Under the pieces are notes generated by a model that saw only the letters and a list, made by a program, of their open reading frames with translations, did no database searches and had not been told where the DNA came from. Shown here piece after piece: positions 27,983-41,291 of a stretch of 64,000 bases of DNA. Source of the DNA: the human T2T-CHM13v2.0 reference genome, Homo sapiens; NCBI RefSeq assembly GCF_009914755.1, contig NC_060934.1. One strand, 5' to 3'. Each line of letters starts with the position of its first letter. The stretch's first letter is position 1. Position numbers and translations under genes: made by a program.

Positions 27983-30394
27983 TTAAAATCAGACATACGA
28001 TTTTAAAAAAGTCTATAGGTCCTTCACTTCTTTGTTCACAAATATTCTATGGGCATTCCCTCCCCATGTCCCTCAAGTAAACCATTTTTATCTACATTGA
28101 AAAATCTGCTGAGGGAGGCAACAGTCCTCCTTATTCATCTCTCCAAGATGGGATGTGGGGAACATCTGAAGAGGTATTTAGCCTACACCTGCCACAGCCT
28201 TACCACTCTCCAGTGAAAACTTTCAGAGTAGCAGCAGCAGCACTAACAAGCTTACTCCTCACCTTCTCAAACTCTATGCCTTCTCAATATCACACTATAA
28301 CAGGCACCCACACTGATACTGATCCTCTACCTTATACCCTCAAAATACTTTTCCTCTGATTGCTATAGTGACCACAGAGGCAAAGTAATTTTTACTTTAC
28401 ATTATCTGCTCTTTATCCTTTAGAATCATTCCTATTCAAGTGACTTATCCCAATTTTGTGTGCAAATTTTTCATTTTCTCACCACTTTGTATTATTATTT
28501 TCTCTATTTTCATTTCCGTAACATAGCAAATTAAGAAAAGAGTTCTGGAATAAGATTGCCTAGGTTCCAATCCCAGCTCACTAACACTCTTTACTAGTAA
28601 AGGGTGCTCATTGATCTCAGTCAGATTATTTCTCTGAGCTTTAGTGTCCTGGTCTGTAGAATGGAAATAGAATATTTCCTTCATAGGGTTGATGTGAAGA
28701 TTAAGGGATCAAATGTGCATGAAACACCTAAAGTGAAATCTCAATAAGTTGGCCACTTTTATATAATAATAAATCCTTAATGCTTTAGTACTTACATAAG
28801 TAATGAATTACATTCACTTCAAATAAACACAACACAGAAAAACCACTTACAGTAATTATAGGCTAAAATAACAATGCATGACTTGCCTGCTAATATTATA
28901 CATTAGTGAGTGGTTTCTTATTTATAAAAGTTGAAGGTCTTTAAGTAGAAGAGCTTCTGCATTTAAAAAAAAAAAAAAAAAAAAAAGAGCTGCCGAATTG
29001 TAACACTAACATTTTGAAAAGGAAGCAGCAAAAACTTGGATTCTAGAAGAGATTATCTTCTAGTGGCTCTTAAGACTGTGACAGTACAGCTAGTGTCAAT
29101 TCGATAGTGATTAACTTAATCCAGTGTTTAATGTAAAGCACAACTTCTTGGTAGATTTGAAATGTTTTCTTATATTTAGGGTCCAGCTTATCTGAAATAC
29201 ATTATGCCCGAAAATATGAACTACTCGCCAGAACTCTGAAGTTTAGATTTGGGTTATTTTAAAGCTCATGCGGTAAATGAATTAGAAAGGTTATATTAAA
29301 GAAATACAACCAATGCTACAGAGAAATAGCTTTGTTGGTTAATACATATTCACTTCAGTTCAACAAGCATTGACTGAATACCTTCCACATGCAAAGCTCC
29401 TTATGTAGGTACTTTGAGAATTCAAAGGTAAGTTATGACCTGATCCTTACTCTCAAGGAACTTACTATCTAGCAGAGGAAACAAATATTTAGTATACAGT
29501 TAAATATTTAATATGCAACTAAAGAGCCATTCTTTCAGCAAGGATGTATTGCTTGCCCATCAAACGCCAGGCATATAGAGGAAAGAGTGCATTATGAACT
29601 AAAACAGAGGCATGAAATATAACTAGAGAAAAGTGTCATTCTGAAGGAGGACTTCATATGGCCGCACCTGAAATGCCTGAATTATAATCGCTACCACCCA
29701 GGCACCAGAGTGTGTTTGCTTCACAGAGGTTGTGGCTTTCTTGAGCACTGAATAGGGACCTGAGATCTTCTGTGAATGTGTAACTTTTTCACATAATTCA
29801 AAGACCTCAAATTAAGAATTTCTTACAAATGGTTTTGTTTGCAAAGAAAGAATTACAAAACTTGTGTCAAGATAGGATGCATACTGACCTAGGAGTTTTT
29901 TTTTCAAAGAAGTCATCAATTATTTTTCTAACCTTATGTGACTATTTCATCACTCTTTTTACTATTATTTACAATGTTTTCTTCTACTCTGATGTTTTCC
30001 AGATCTGAAGGTAAATATGAAGTAACTTAGTAACTGAAATTCTTGAACTTCTGATGAAGCTCTAATTGGATCTTCAACTTTAGGAAAAAAAAGGCTATTT
30101 ACTTTGTCAAACAGCTCTGGATTGAAAGTAACCTCTGTTCATATCTTTAATGGAACATATAACCTTTATAACTAACCACAATGTTCAGTAATGCTACTAA
30201 GTTTTGGCATGTAACAGAAAAATACAGATTACTGTTCATTATTTAATTTGTCTGTCTGCATTTATGATATTTATCATAAACTGTAAGATAAAGGAAATAA
30301 GTAACGATTTAATTATGATTGACTTAAAAGATTCCAGTGATTAAAACTATTTAAGAACAATAAAGACATAATACAGTTAAGTGTAGGCACTTAC

Positions 30395-30561
30395 TCAGTA
30401 TATAAATCTTCTATCATTGCAACAATAATAACGATGAGAGACACAGCAAATATCTGACATCCAGAACCAATCAGAGAGGAAAATATCAGTGGGTGACTTG
30501 ATGGTCTAAATACATCTCCATGCACCTGTTTCCATCCATATTCATCTCCTAGGTCTCTATC
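30395..30561 (-). CDS. TM9SF3: TM9SF3 exon 7 (167 nt; [19 protein letters not shown]...DLYT)
   Basis: TATAG|GAT acceptor, TGA|GTAAGT donor; contains the GWKxVHGDVFR family motif. Confidence 0.97.
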
Positions 30562-31312
30562 CTATATACAAATATATATATAGAGAGAGAAAAGCAAATC
30601 ATTCAGAATCAAACTAAAACATAGTATGTAAAAATTACAGTTGTAAGTTTCCTCCCTCCAAATTTATAGCTAAAGAAATACAAAATATTGAGAAAGTATA
30701 TTCCAAACTTAGAATGATCACTGCCTTAATAACAATGTTAAAATGCTGAGGTTCAGGAAGTTGACTTCTGGTTGTGCTCAGAGAATCTCAAATAACGGAA
30801 AAAGAAAAGGTTTAGTAACAAAAAGAAATGGTCAAATTGGGAGAACAGTGCACTGACTCTCTTAATGCCACTTTCAGACACTATTCTTGCTATTCACATC
30901 ATAGCTGTAGCTCATATACAATCAGGGGCTAGGTGGAGAAATGAAAGAGAAGAGTATCAAAACCAGTACTAGATCCCCTAAGAATGCAGAAATGTCCTTT
31001 AGCGCCTAGAATCTAAGAAAACATATGGGGGAAATATTCAATATGAATGTTTTTATTTAACAGTCTATATGCATTTTTTTAAAAAGAATTCAATTTTTAC
31101 TTTGCAACCTTAGTAAGCAAGTGCTCCTTAAACAGTTTCTAACACAGCTTGTTTCTAAAACAATATTTCCTAAGGAATAGAAGTCCCTCAAGGTAATCTG
31201 TTTTGGTGGGGAGAATCCTAATCAGATACAGTTAAGAGGTACCAAATGCTTTATCCACCCTCTGATACTTCACAATATACCCTAGTATATTAAAATTTAA
31301 AATTTGAAACTA

Positions 31313-31585
<273 letters not shown>

Positions 31586-32077
31586 AAATTTCCTAAATTT
31601 ATTTAATGATACAGTATACCTATACCGAATATCCATTAGCTAGCACTCTATGTAACACACTTTTTGTTCTCTAACTTAGTAAAAGAACTTAGAAAACAAA
31701 TCTTTCCTCTGAACCCACTAAACTGAACATAAATTAATCCTTCTACCCATTCCCTGAATTTTAAGCAGTATTTAACAGTATTAGACATATTCTTACTTGG
31801 TGGCAAAACTTGGCTTGAACTAACAAGAGGTTACACTATTTATTTATCCCACTTCGGGTGAATGTTCTTATGTTTTCCTGAAAAAAAATTAATATTATTT
31901 GATTACAGGGCATGGTTACAGACCACACTGGGCATTTTACATCTTTCTTAACTCTAAAAATCCTGAATTGTGGAAACTCAAAGACTTCCGGTAAGAAATT
32001 ATGACCTACCTCCCAACATTTAAAACTTAACACTCAGTTAAAATGTTTCTACAAATATAATGTAAATGTTTACTCAC

Positions 32078-32209
32078 CATATCATCCATTTCTTCCTCTT
32101 TACTGTACCGAGCATAATCTTTTCTTAATGTTCTCATTAAAATCATTGAAACTAAGCCCACCAAGAAGATCACCATCATGAAGGAGTTGAAAATTGAAAA
32201 CCAATGAAT
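32078..32209 (-). CDS. TM9SF3: TM9SF3 exon 6 (132 nt; [10 protein letters not shown]...EEEMDDM, first TM helix)
   Basis: TTTTAG|ATT acceptor, ATG|GTGAGT donor; contains the nonaspanin IHWFSI motif. Confidence 0.97.
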
Positions 32210-33349
32210 CTAAAATAACAGAAAATAAAATGTTACCAACCTGCAATATCAGCCACAAAATTCATAGGTTCCATGAGGACAACTGGATGTTAATGCAAAG
32301 AAAAAAAAAAGTCTTTAATTAAATCCTTTAGACAAAAATCCAAATTTCAGACACTTTGAGGATGAGTATTCATTATGCCAAGGGGATTGGCTTTCTTTAC
32401 AATAAGCACCCATATGTTGAAAACATGCTATCATTTATATAAATTTTCAAAATCACATTTATTGTTAAAAACAAAAAGTACAATTTGGCCATATAACCTA
32501 TGCTATTCAGCATTACATGGAAAAAACATGGGCTCTGGAGTCAAACATTGCCAGTTTCTGACTATGTGACCGCGGTTTTCTCATCTGGAAAATGGAGGAG
32601 CTAATACTTATCTTGTAAGTGATTTGTAGGGCTTAATAATGTATATATAAAGTATGGCACCTTAGATACTCAGTAAATGTTAGTTCCCTTCCCCCTAATT
32701 GAACAATCTGAAAACCTCCTTAAAATACTAAGACTAAACTATTATAGCTGGCTGCCATGGACTTAGGTCACCATCCTGAATGATTTGCTTCACTTGCTCC
32801 AGATTAGTTCATCCTCACCCTGTCACCATCATAATTCAGCCCTTTCCAAATCCATTTTCCATAGCATATTGAGGTATCCTTTAGTTCCTCAATGTTCTTG
32901 AAGCTCTTGGCTTTGATTTTATCCACATATTTGTTTCAATATTACATCTAGATTCTGATTCATAATCACAAGGTACTACTCAAAATGTAGCATATCTGAT
33001 TTGAACTAGGTCTGTGGCACTGCCCAGTTATTTCTTTATTTACATTTTAATTCCCAAAAGATCTTTAGGGATAGTCCCCAAATTTCTCTCCTCTCTTCAA
33101 GGCCCCAATGCCATCCTTTCTGCTGCCTTCCCTTGAAGCAAATCCTGTCTTCTATGACACAACCTTTCCACATCCAGTTTTGAGGTGTTTTTTCTCCTCT
33201 CATTTTGCATCCCAACCCCTCCACCTTTCACCAGCCATCAGCAATCTCCAAAGGTCCTTATCTACAATGATGTCTACTCCCTGGGGTTGTCATAGAGTTT
33301 AAACAATAAAGGTAAAGCAAATAGTATAGTGCCTGGCACATCATAAACA

Positions 33350-34620
33350 CTAAATAAAACCTAAAAGTTATTGTTATTGCTATTATTCTCTTTTGAAGTG
33401 TTTGCTTCATCTTTTGTCCCTCATTCTTTTCATCTTCTCACCTCCCGATCCTTTCAATGTCAATACTTTTCAAAGAAGACATGTTCCAGTTCTTCCCTCA
33501 CTTCCTCCAAAACACAATACAATCTCACTTTTGCCCCACAAAATTTCTCTCAAAGGCCTGCAATGAACTTCTAAACCGATTCAGCAGCCAATTATCTGCC
33601 TCACTCTCCTTGATCTCTCTGCCACATCTGACCTTTCCTGACACTACAGCATCCTACTTCACTGACCGCTGCTTCTCCTCTTTCATCTTCCATGCTGGCT
33701 CCTCCCATCCTTTGTGAACTTCTCCAAAAGCTCCAGTCTTAGTACTCTGCTGTGACTTCTTTAGGCTCTCAGAACTTTTAACCAGCATTCCAATGATGAT
33801 GATAACACCCTCGCCCCCACCTCCCATCCCACCCCAAATTGCTAGTCTTCTTTCTCACTCATGTTTCAGGCTTTTGCTAACTACAATAATTTCCACTTGA
33901 ATGTTTCTGGAATTGCAGACTCAGACTGCCCTAAAGTACACTCATAATCTTCCACCTCATATATAACACTTGTTTCTGATTCTCTAACTTCTGCTAATGG
34001 TACTAACATGTGGCTTTGAAATTTTACAATTATCTCTGGCTCTTCCTTCTCCTTAATTCTTCATAGGTAATATTAAGCATGTATTTTTCTTCAAAATGAC
34101 TTGTATCTATCCATTCTGCTTCATTCCCATGCCATCACCTCATACCTTGATAGCACTAATGGCCTCCTGGTTGGCCTTTTTTTTTTTTGGTCTCTCCCCT
34201 TCCTTTCAATTTATCCTGTAAAAAGCTATCAAGGAAATCTTTCCAAAGCAGGTTCATATATCACTCCTCTATTCTAAAATTTACAGTTGTACACCCTATT
34301 TCTCTCATATCAAATCTAAACTATTTTCTCCAATATTCTATACTTCCTGTAATATGGCCATCTCACCTTATCTAGTCAACTTTTCTTTCCATTATATTCT
34401 ATATTCCAATAAGCCTTATCCCTCTTCAAGAATCCACAAGCACAGCATACTCACTTCCACCTCTGTATTTTTCTTATAATTTCTTCTCACATAGATCTAC
34501 TTCTACTCCCCTTAGCAAATTCTACCCAGTCTTCATATTCCAACACAAGTACCTTCCCCTCCATGAAACCTCTTATCTACATATTCCGGTTCTTCATAGA
34601 TATCCTCCTGCTCTAAAATT
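33350..34620 (+). mobile_element. Highly decayed L2 fragment
   Basis: CT-rich sequence paralleling the L2 at 35690-37205; boundaries uncertain. Confidence 0.5.
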
Positions 34621-35689
34621 CTACAGGTACATACATATGCATTGCTGTGTATGATTAGGACATATGTTAACTTGGGCTAACGTGCTGAATATGTGCATGA
34701 AACTGAAGGGCAGTCCAGGCTCTGTTATCCACCCTGAGGTTTCAGGAACGAGATAAACTCTATGGATCTTCTTGAAAAACAGGAGACAGCCTCTTCAGAA
34801 GACTATTCCTTACTTCATTCAACAATTTATTTATTGAGCATCCAGTAAAATTATAAAGGAACCAAGAAATGCATTGTTTTTTGAAATGTTTGCTCAAAAA
34901 AGGTTATATAAATCTGAGTTTATTGTAAAAGTATCATTTAAGGTTCATAAAAGCAGTCTATGATTTTCCAAAGATTTGATTTTGTTCCCACCCTGAGATG
35001 TTAACCCAGAAAAGCTCAAGAGGGAAAGAAAAATGACACATACCATCTTTTAGTCAATTTATCAAATTTTTTAAAATAAAAGAAGTTTTATATAGTTACT
35101 AGTAACTATACTAATTAGACACACATAAAATGTTGTAATTTCTAACAAGGCTCTGCTATTTTCTAATCTAAGATATACACTATTATAATGTAGTAATAAC
35201 CTGAAATTTTGTAATATTCCTTTATTCTAAAAATTATGAGATGTTGTATAATTGTGAAATTATTATACCAGGGAAAATACTTCTTAAAAATAAAGAAACC
35301 TGGTGTCACAAAGGGGTTTACTAACCCTACTAATGCTGCATGCCAGCACCCTCTAGTGTCACTAATCCTGAAGCTGCACCCTCAATTTGTCATAAATTTT
35401 AGAATGCAACTGGAGATAAATAACTATACCAACAATACTGCCTCTTACCTGCTATGTGCCAAACACTGAACTAGGTGCTTTATATCAACGTGAAATTCCC
35501 CAACAGCTCTGCAAGGTACTATAATCCTTGCTTCACTATTAAGGGAACAGAAGCTGAAGAACTGAATCATTTAACCAAGGTCATAGTAAGCGGCAAAGCA
35601 TCAGTTTGAATTCAGCTTTAGCTCCTTTGCCTGTGCTATTAGTCACTGTATTAGAAGCAATTCTTATACTTGTACAGTACATCATATCC

Positions 35690-37205
35690 CTTCCTTCTAC
35701 TTAAGGAAAACGATGCAGTATTTCTCTCCTTTTTCTCCTGCATTGCCAGTTTTGCAATCTCCACTGAACCCCATCAGCATATAAAGTTAATGTTTTTCTT
35801 ACATTTAAAAAAAAAAGAAAGAAAAATCTCCTAATTCCATTTTCCACACTGGCTACTGCACCATTTCTTTGCTCCCTTTAGCAGCCAAGCTCCTCACAAG
35901 TCCATAATTGCCGTCTCCAATTCCTCTTTTCCCATTCTCTCTTACAGCAGCTCTGTTCAGGTTCTGAATGCCCCACCATTATACCAAAATCGTTGTCAAG
36001 TTCACCAATGACTTCAGGTTAATCCAATAGTCACTTTTCAGTGCTCATCTTACTTGACCCATCAGCAAAAATTCAGAGCTAATCTCTCTATCCTCCATGA
36101 TACACTTTCTTCTCTTGGCATTCAGAACACCATACTTTCCCCTCCCCCGCAAAGCCCTTAACTGAACTCCCCTGTTCTTCCTAAACTCTTACTACTGCAC
36201 CCAGGGCTTAGTCCTTGGTCCTCTTCTCTCTCTACATCTCCCTTCCTTAGCAATTATTACATCCAGTCTCATAGCCACAAATATGATCTATATGCCAATT
36301 GCTGCAAAATTTGTATCTCTAGCCCAGACCTCTCTCCTGAACTCCAGAACTGATATATCCAATTTGCCGGTCAATATCTCCATTTGGATATCGTACAGAC
36401 ACACCAAAACGAACATGTCCCAAACTGTACCCTAATCTTCCCCTCTAAATCTCCTCCAAATACAGCCCCAGTGATGTCAGCTCCACTCAGACTGAAAACC
36501 CTAGAGTTTGTCTCAACCCTTCTTCACCTTCCTATCAATCACGAAATGCCGCCACCTTTAACTTCAAAATATACTCACAATCTAACATCTTTTCATCACC
36601 TACCCTGCTACCACCCTTGACTTCCTGAACCCACATAATAATTTGATCCTTTAAAAACAAAAGTCAGATTTGTTACCCCCCTGCTGAAAACACTACACTG
36701 CTCCCCTGCCCCCTTTGCATTTAAGAGTAAAATCTGCAGTCCTTAAAATGACCATGGATAATCTGGCTCCTGCTACCTCTCTGACTTCATCTTCTTGCTA
36801 GTCCTCAAACCACAGTAAGCATATCCTCACTTTAATAGGCTTTTCAATGGTGTTGCCTCCACCTGGAATACTCTTTCCCCTAAATATCCACATTCTTTAT
36901 TTCCTTCAACTCCTTCAAGCTTTTGCTCAACAATCCATTTCAGAGGCTTACCTTGACTACATAATATAAAACTGCAACTTACCCGACCCCTGGTACTCTT
37001 GTTCTGCTGTCTACTTTTTCTTTTTTGACACACTTCTCTTTGAATAAAGTGTGTTTTACTTATTGTGTTTATTTCACGTCTCCTTGACTAGAACGTAAGT
37101 TCCTAGAGGGTATAGATCTTTGCCTTTATTTTCTAATGTATCCTACTTACCTAATACAGTGCTTGGCAGATAGCAGGTGCTCAATTAATATGTGTTGAAG
37201 TAATA
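35690..37205 (+). mobile_element. LINE-2 (L2a-like) fragment with 3' tail
   Basis: Pyrimidine-rich L2 ORF2 relic ending CAGTGCTTGGCAGATAGCAGGTGCTCAATTAATATGTGTTGAA. Confidence 0.72.
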
Positions 37206-37510
37206 AATACAGTATACCATTCCATAGTGAAAATACTAAAAGGCAGTCTTTCCCCTAAGTTGTCAATGTCCAGTGGGGCTAGAATCAAGGCAGACCTAAG
37301 AGTTCCAGTAGTGAGTGCCAGTTAAGAGCCTTCATATTCTCAAATGTTATCTAAATCTTGAAATTATCTGTGTCCATACCCTATTGAAGATTGCCTGAGC
37401 ATTATACTCGAGGAGAACACACAGCAGGTGGGGTTGAGGTGGGGATTGAGGTAGGGGAAAAATTTTAGCTCCAAGAGTAGTATGCTAAATCCTTCAGTAA
37501 AGACAATCCA

Positions 37511-37829
<319 letters not shown>

Positions 37830-38812
37830 TTAATTGTTAAAATCTCTGACCCCTGAGTAAGATCAGAAGTAGTGATAGGTTCCGGTAGAGTCTAAGAATG
37901 GAACCTAACAGTAATATGTAAATCTGAGACAACAAAAACTTACGGGCCATCTCAAAAATAGGTGATTAATAAACTTTAAAATTCTAGTCCAAAAGATTAG
38001 ATCAAAAGAAAGAAGCAACAATTCAGGAAGAAATTCAGAAGAAGGGATACCCTTATGCCTTGTCTTTTTATCTCCATCCTTGAGGAGGAAACCACCAAAA
38101 CAAAGTGTGATTTTTGCTATAAAGAATCAAAACTACCTGTACAAAACCAACACTAATGCTACCGGCTTTATGAACTAAAATTCAGCAAGTATCTGTCGGT
38201 GGGGGCTGGGGAACTGGGAGGCCATTTCTTCCCATTCTTGATGTTTCTTTCTACATGGAAGGATTTCCACAAGCAGAAATTCCTGATCTCAATCCGTTCT
38301 CTCATTACCTCCTTCTGATGCATACATTCTGTTCTTTCTCACACCGTAAGTTGTATAAGGGCAAGTGCCCATGTAGGGAAGCCTATAATATACTCTCTGA
38401 GTGTGTTAACTCTAATTCTGAGTTTCAGTAGTAAGAAGCCCACTTGATCACAGATAGATATAAGCCACATTCTCCAATATTCACCTCATTAGAAGGCCAA
38501 TGCGCTATTCATTGTGCAACGCAGCCATCTAATATTCACCTTATTAGTGATATTTTGGCTTCCCGTATGTTATATTCTTCTTTGTTTATCTCTTAATTGG
38601 TTTAAACCACAAGCACAAAGAAGGAAGTTTTTTATTGCTCCTCTAAAACTCCCCATCACCCTTATGATTTCAAGCTCATACTTTAAATCACCATTAGCTA
38701 AATCTTTTAATCCACAGTCCTCAACACAGTGCCCTGCAAATGACAGATACTCAATGTTTGTTGTACGAATTGGTGCACATAATCAATGTCTTAAAATACA
38801 CTATTTACCTAC

Positions 38813-38890
38813 CCGATGTTGAAAAAAGGACGGATCAAGATATTTGTCAAATCGATCTTCAAATTTCACATCTGACTTTTTCCATTTTAC
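38813..38890 (-). CDS. TM9SF3: TM9SF3 exon 5 (78 nt; VKWKKSDVKFEDRFDKYLDPSFFQHR)
   Basis: TTTTAG|GTA acceptor, CGG|GTAGGT donor; phase 0/0. Confidence 0.97.
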
Positions 38891-39242
38891 CTAAAAAAAT
38901 TTTTTTCATTTGAAAATAAAGGCCAGTAAACAAATTAATAATCTGATGACAAAACTCTGAGCAAAATATAGATTTACACACACTTAGAATTAAAATTCAC
39001 TAGAGAAATGGAGGAAAGTTACTTACAACATGAGAAGTGGAAACGATTATGATAAAACTAATCAACTTTTCTGTTTATTGACAAAACTTAACAACTTTCC
39101 TCAGAGGGGTGATTTCAGTTCTCAAGGACTGTTTACTTTTGTTGACTTACATATTATGACCTGATAAATGTGATATGAACTGAATTAGTATAAGCTCATA
39201 TCACAAGTGTCTAAATCAATTAAAATAAGAATCTGTACATCT

Positions 39243-40410
39243 GCCTGGTGTAATTCTGTCCTGCGTGGCTGTTCTCTTGAGCAGAAGTCATTTATCTCCG
39301 TCTGCCTTCTTTCCCACCTAAATGCGTGCTGCCACCCCATGGAAGATTCGATGGACATGGACATGAGCCCCCTGAGGCCCCAGAACTATCTTTTCAGTTG
39401 TGAACTAAAGGCCAACAAAGATGATCACTTTAAGGTGGATAATGATGAAAATGAGCACCAATTATCTTTAAGAACGGTCAGTTTAGGGGCTGGTGCAAAG
39501 GATGAATTGCATATTGTTGAAGCAGAGGCAATGAATTATGAAGGCAGTCCAATTAAATAACACTGGCACCTTTGAAAATGTCTGCACAGCCAACGGTTTC
39601 CCTTGGGGGCTTTGAAATCACACCACCAGTGCTTTTATGGTTGAAGTGTGGTTCAGGGCCAGTGCATATTAGTGGACAGCATTTAGTAGCTGTGGAGGAA
39701 GATGCAGAATCAGAAGATGAACAGGAGGAGGCGAAATTCTTAAGGATATCTGGAAAGTGATCTGTCCCTGGAGGTGGTAGCAAGGTTCCACAGAAAAAAG
39801 TAAAACTTGCTGCTGATGAAGATGATGATGATGATGATGACGATTTTGATGAGGAAACTAAAGAAAAACCACCAGTGAAGAAATCTACATGAGATAATCC
39901 AGCCAAAAATGCACAAAAGTCAAATCAGAATGGAAAAGACTCAAAACTATCAACACTAAGATCAAAAGGACAAAAATCCTTCAAAAACAGGAAAAAAAAT
40001 TCCTAAAACACCAAAAGGACCTAGTTCTGTAGAAAACATTAAAGCAAAAATGCAAGCAAGTATACAAAAAGTGCATTGAACAGTTCAGGGCACTACTGGT
40101 AAATTAAGCCCAAAGATGGGGAGAAAAGAAAAGGAGAGACAAATATAGTCCATACTGAGTATCATCAACAATCCAGACTGAAGTCTTCTATTTTAATCTC
40201 AATCTCCTTTTCTGATCTGCCATGGATGCCTCTTTAGGCTGGAAACAATCTCACTCTTGGTTCCCTAAAGCAGTTTCTTCTGATTGCTGTGATTCAGTGA
40301 ACCTTGCCCTTTGCTTTCTATTACTTGCACATTCGCCTCTCCTCTGACCATGTTCTGAATCACCTTCGTATCTCCTTAGCTGCTCAATAAATATTTGAAT
40401 GAATAATAAA
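39243..40410 (+). pseudogene. NPM1P26: Processed NPM1 (nucleophosmin) pseudogene from the B23.2-type short isoform, antisense in TM9SF3 intron 4
   Basis: Intronless, from [19 protein letters not shown] (ATG 39339) to MQASIQKVH* (TGA 40077-40079). It has a frameshift/stop at 39558-39560, TGA at 39758-39760 and 39890-39892, AATAAA at 40386, an A-tail, and a 16-bp TSD (39227-39242 vs 40411-40426, 2 mismatches). The pseudogene number is from memory and is less certain than the NPM1 call. Confidence 0.93.
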
Positions 40411-41130
40411 AAAAATCTGTAAATCTTTATTTTTAGACTGCATTACTTTTATTACAACTATAAAATTTTTTCATTAAGTTTAGTTATATAAGGATTATTT
40501 GCATCAGGTACATATGCACAAGGCTTGAAAAACTTTCAAAATTGACTACTAGCAATGGACTCATTCCAGCTATGAGGCAATAACTGGCAGAGGCTACCTA
40601 CACTGAATTTCTCTCTCATTTTTACTATTTTTAAGCCTAAGACAACAGAAATAGCTTGACAGTTGCTAAAAGGCTCTGACAAGCTCTCACTGTGCAGGAG
40701 TATATTATTCCAACTGACAGAGCAATCCATGATAAACTACATCTATCCAGCAACTTTCAATACAGCATCACTTCTATCTGCAACATTAAAAAGGAAAGGG
40801 AAACAACATGAAGTACTGCAATCTAAAAATGTAACCATAAAAATACATGACTGGGTTAGTCTAATTACCCAGCTACAACAGTAAACTTGGCTGTACCAAA
40901 TGGTTTAGCTCCTGCAAAGGCATAACTGGTATCTAATACTACAGACCTGAAGCAAATCCTCTCTTTGCTTTCAGGAGGCTTACTTACGTACACTGAGAAA
41001 ATATAGTTTTAATAATATTCTGTTGCATCCCATTTCAAGCTACATTTTCATTTACTAAAGTTCAAAGCCACAAATTGTTGACATCGGGTCACAAACACTA
41101 CTTCCTACATTAAACTATTTGAATACTTAC

Positions 41131-41291
41131 TGAATATGACATCTGGATTTTAGTATTTGGAACCAGTTTCACCTTTCCTTCACTAGTTAGATTAACATCA
41201 ACAATTCGATTTCCATTAAAACCTATTTCAAGTTTTTTATAGGTCCAAAGATAGTAATCTTCTCCATTTTCATCAGCCTCACCAACAATAC
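41131..41291 (-). CDS. TM9SF3: TM9SF3 exon 4 (161 nt; [10 protein letters not shown]...IQMSYS)
   Basis: TTGTAG|GTA acceptor, TCA|GTAAGT donor; continues the frame from exon 3. Confidence 0.97.

Noticed and set aside
38885-38893. AG|GT at the starts of exons 4, 5, 10, 11 and 12 as recursive splice sites
   Set aside because: AG|GT is the ordinary acceptor consensus and these exons are required for the reading frame.
39553-39906. 117-aa Ser-rich ORF in the TM9SF3 sense direction
   Set aside because: It is the antisense reading of the NPM1 acidic (GAT)n tract, with no convincing splice sites.
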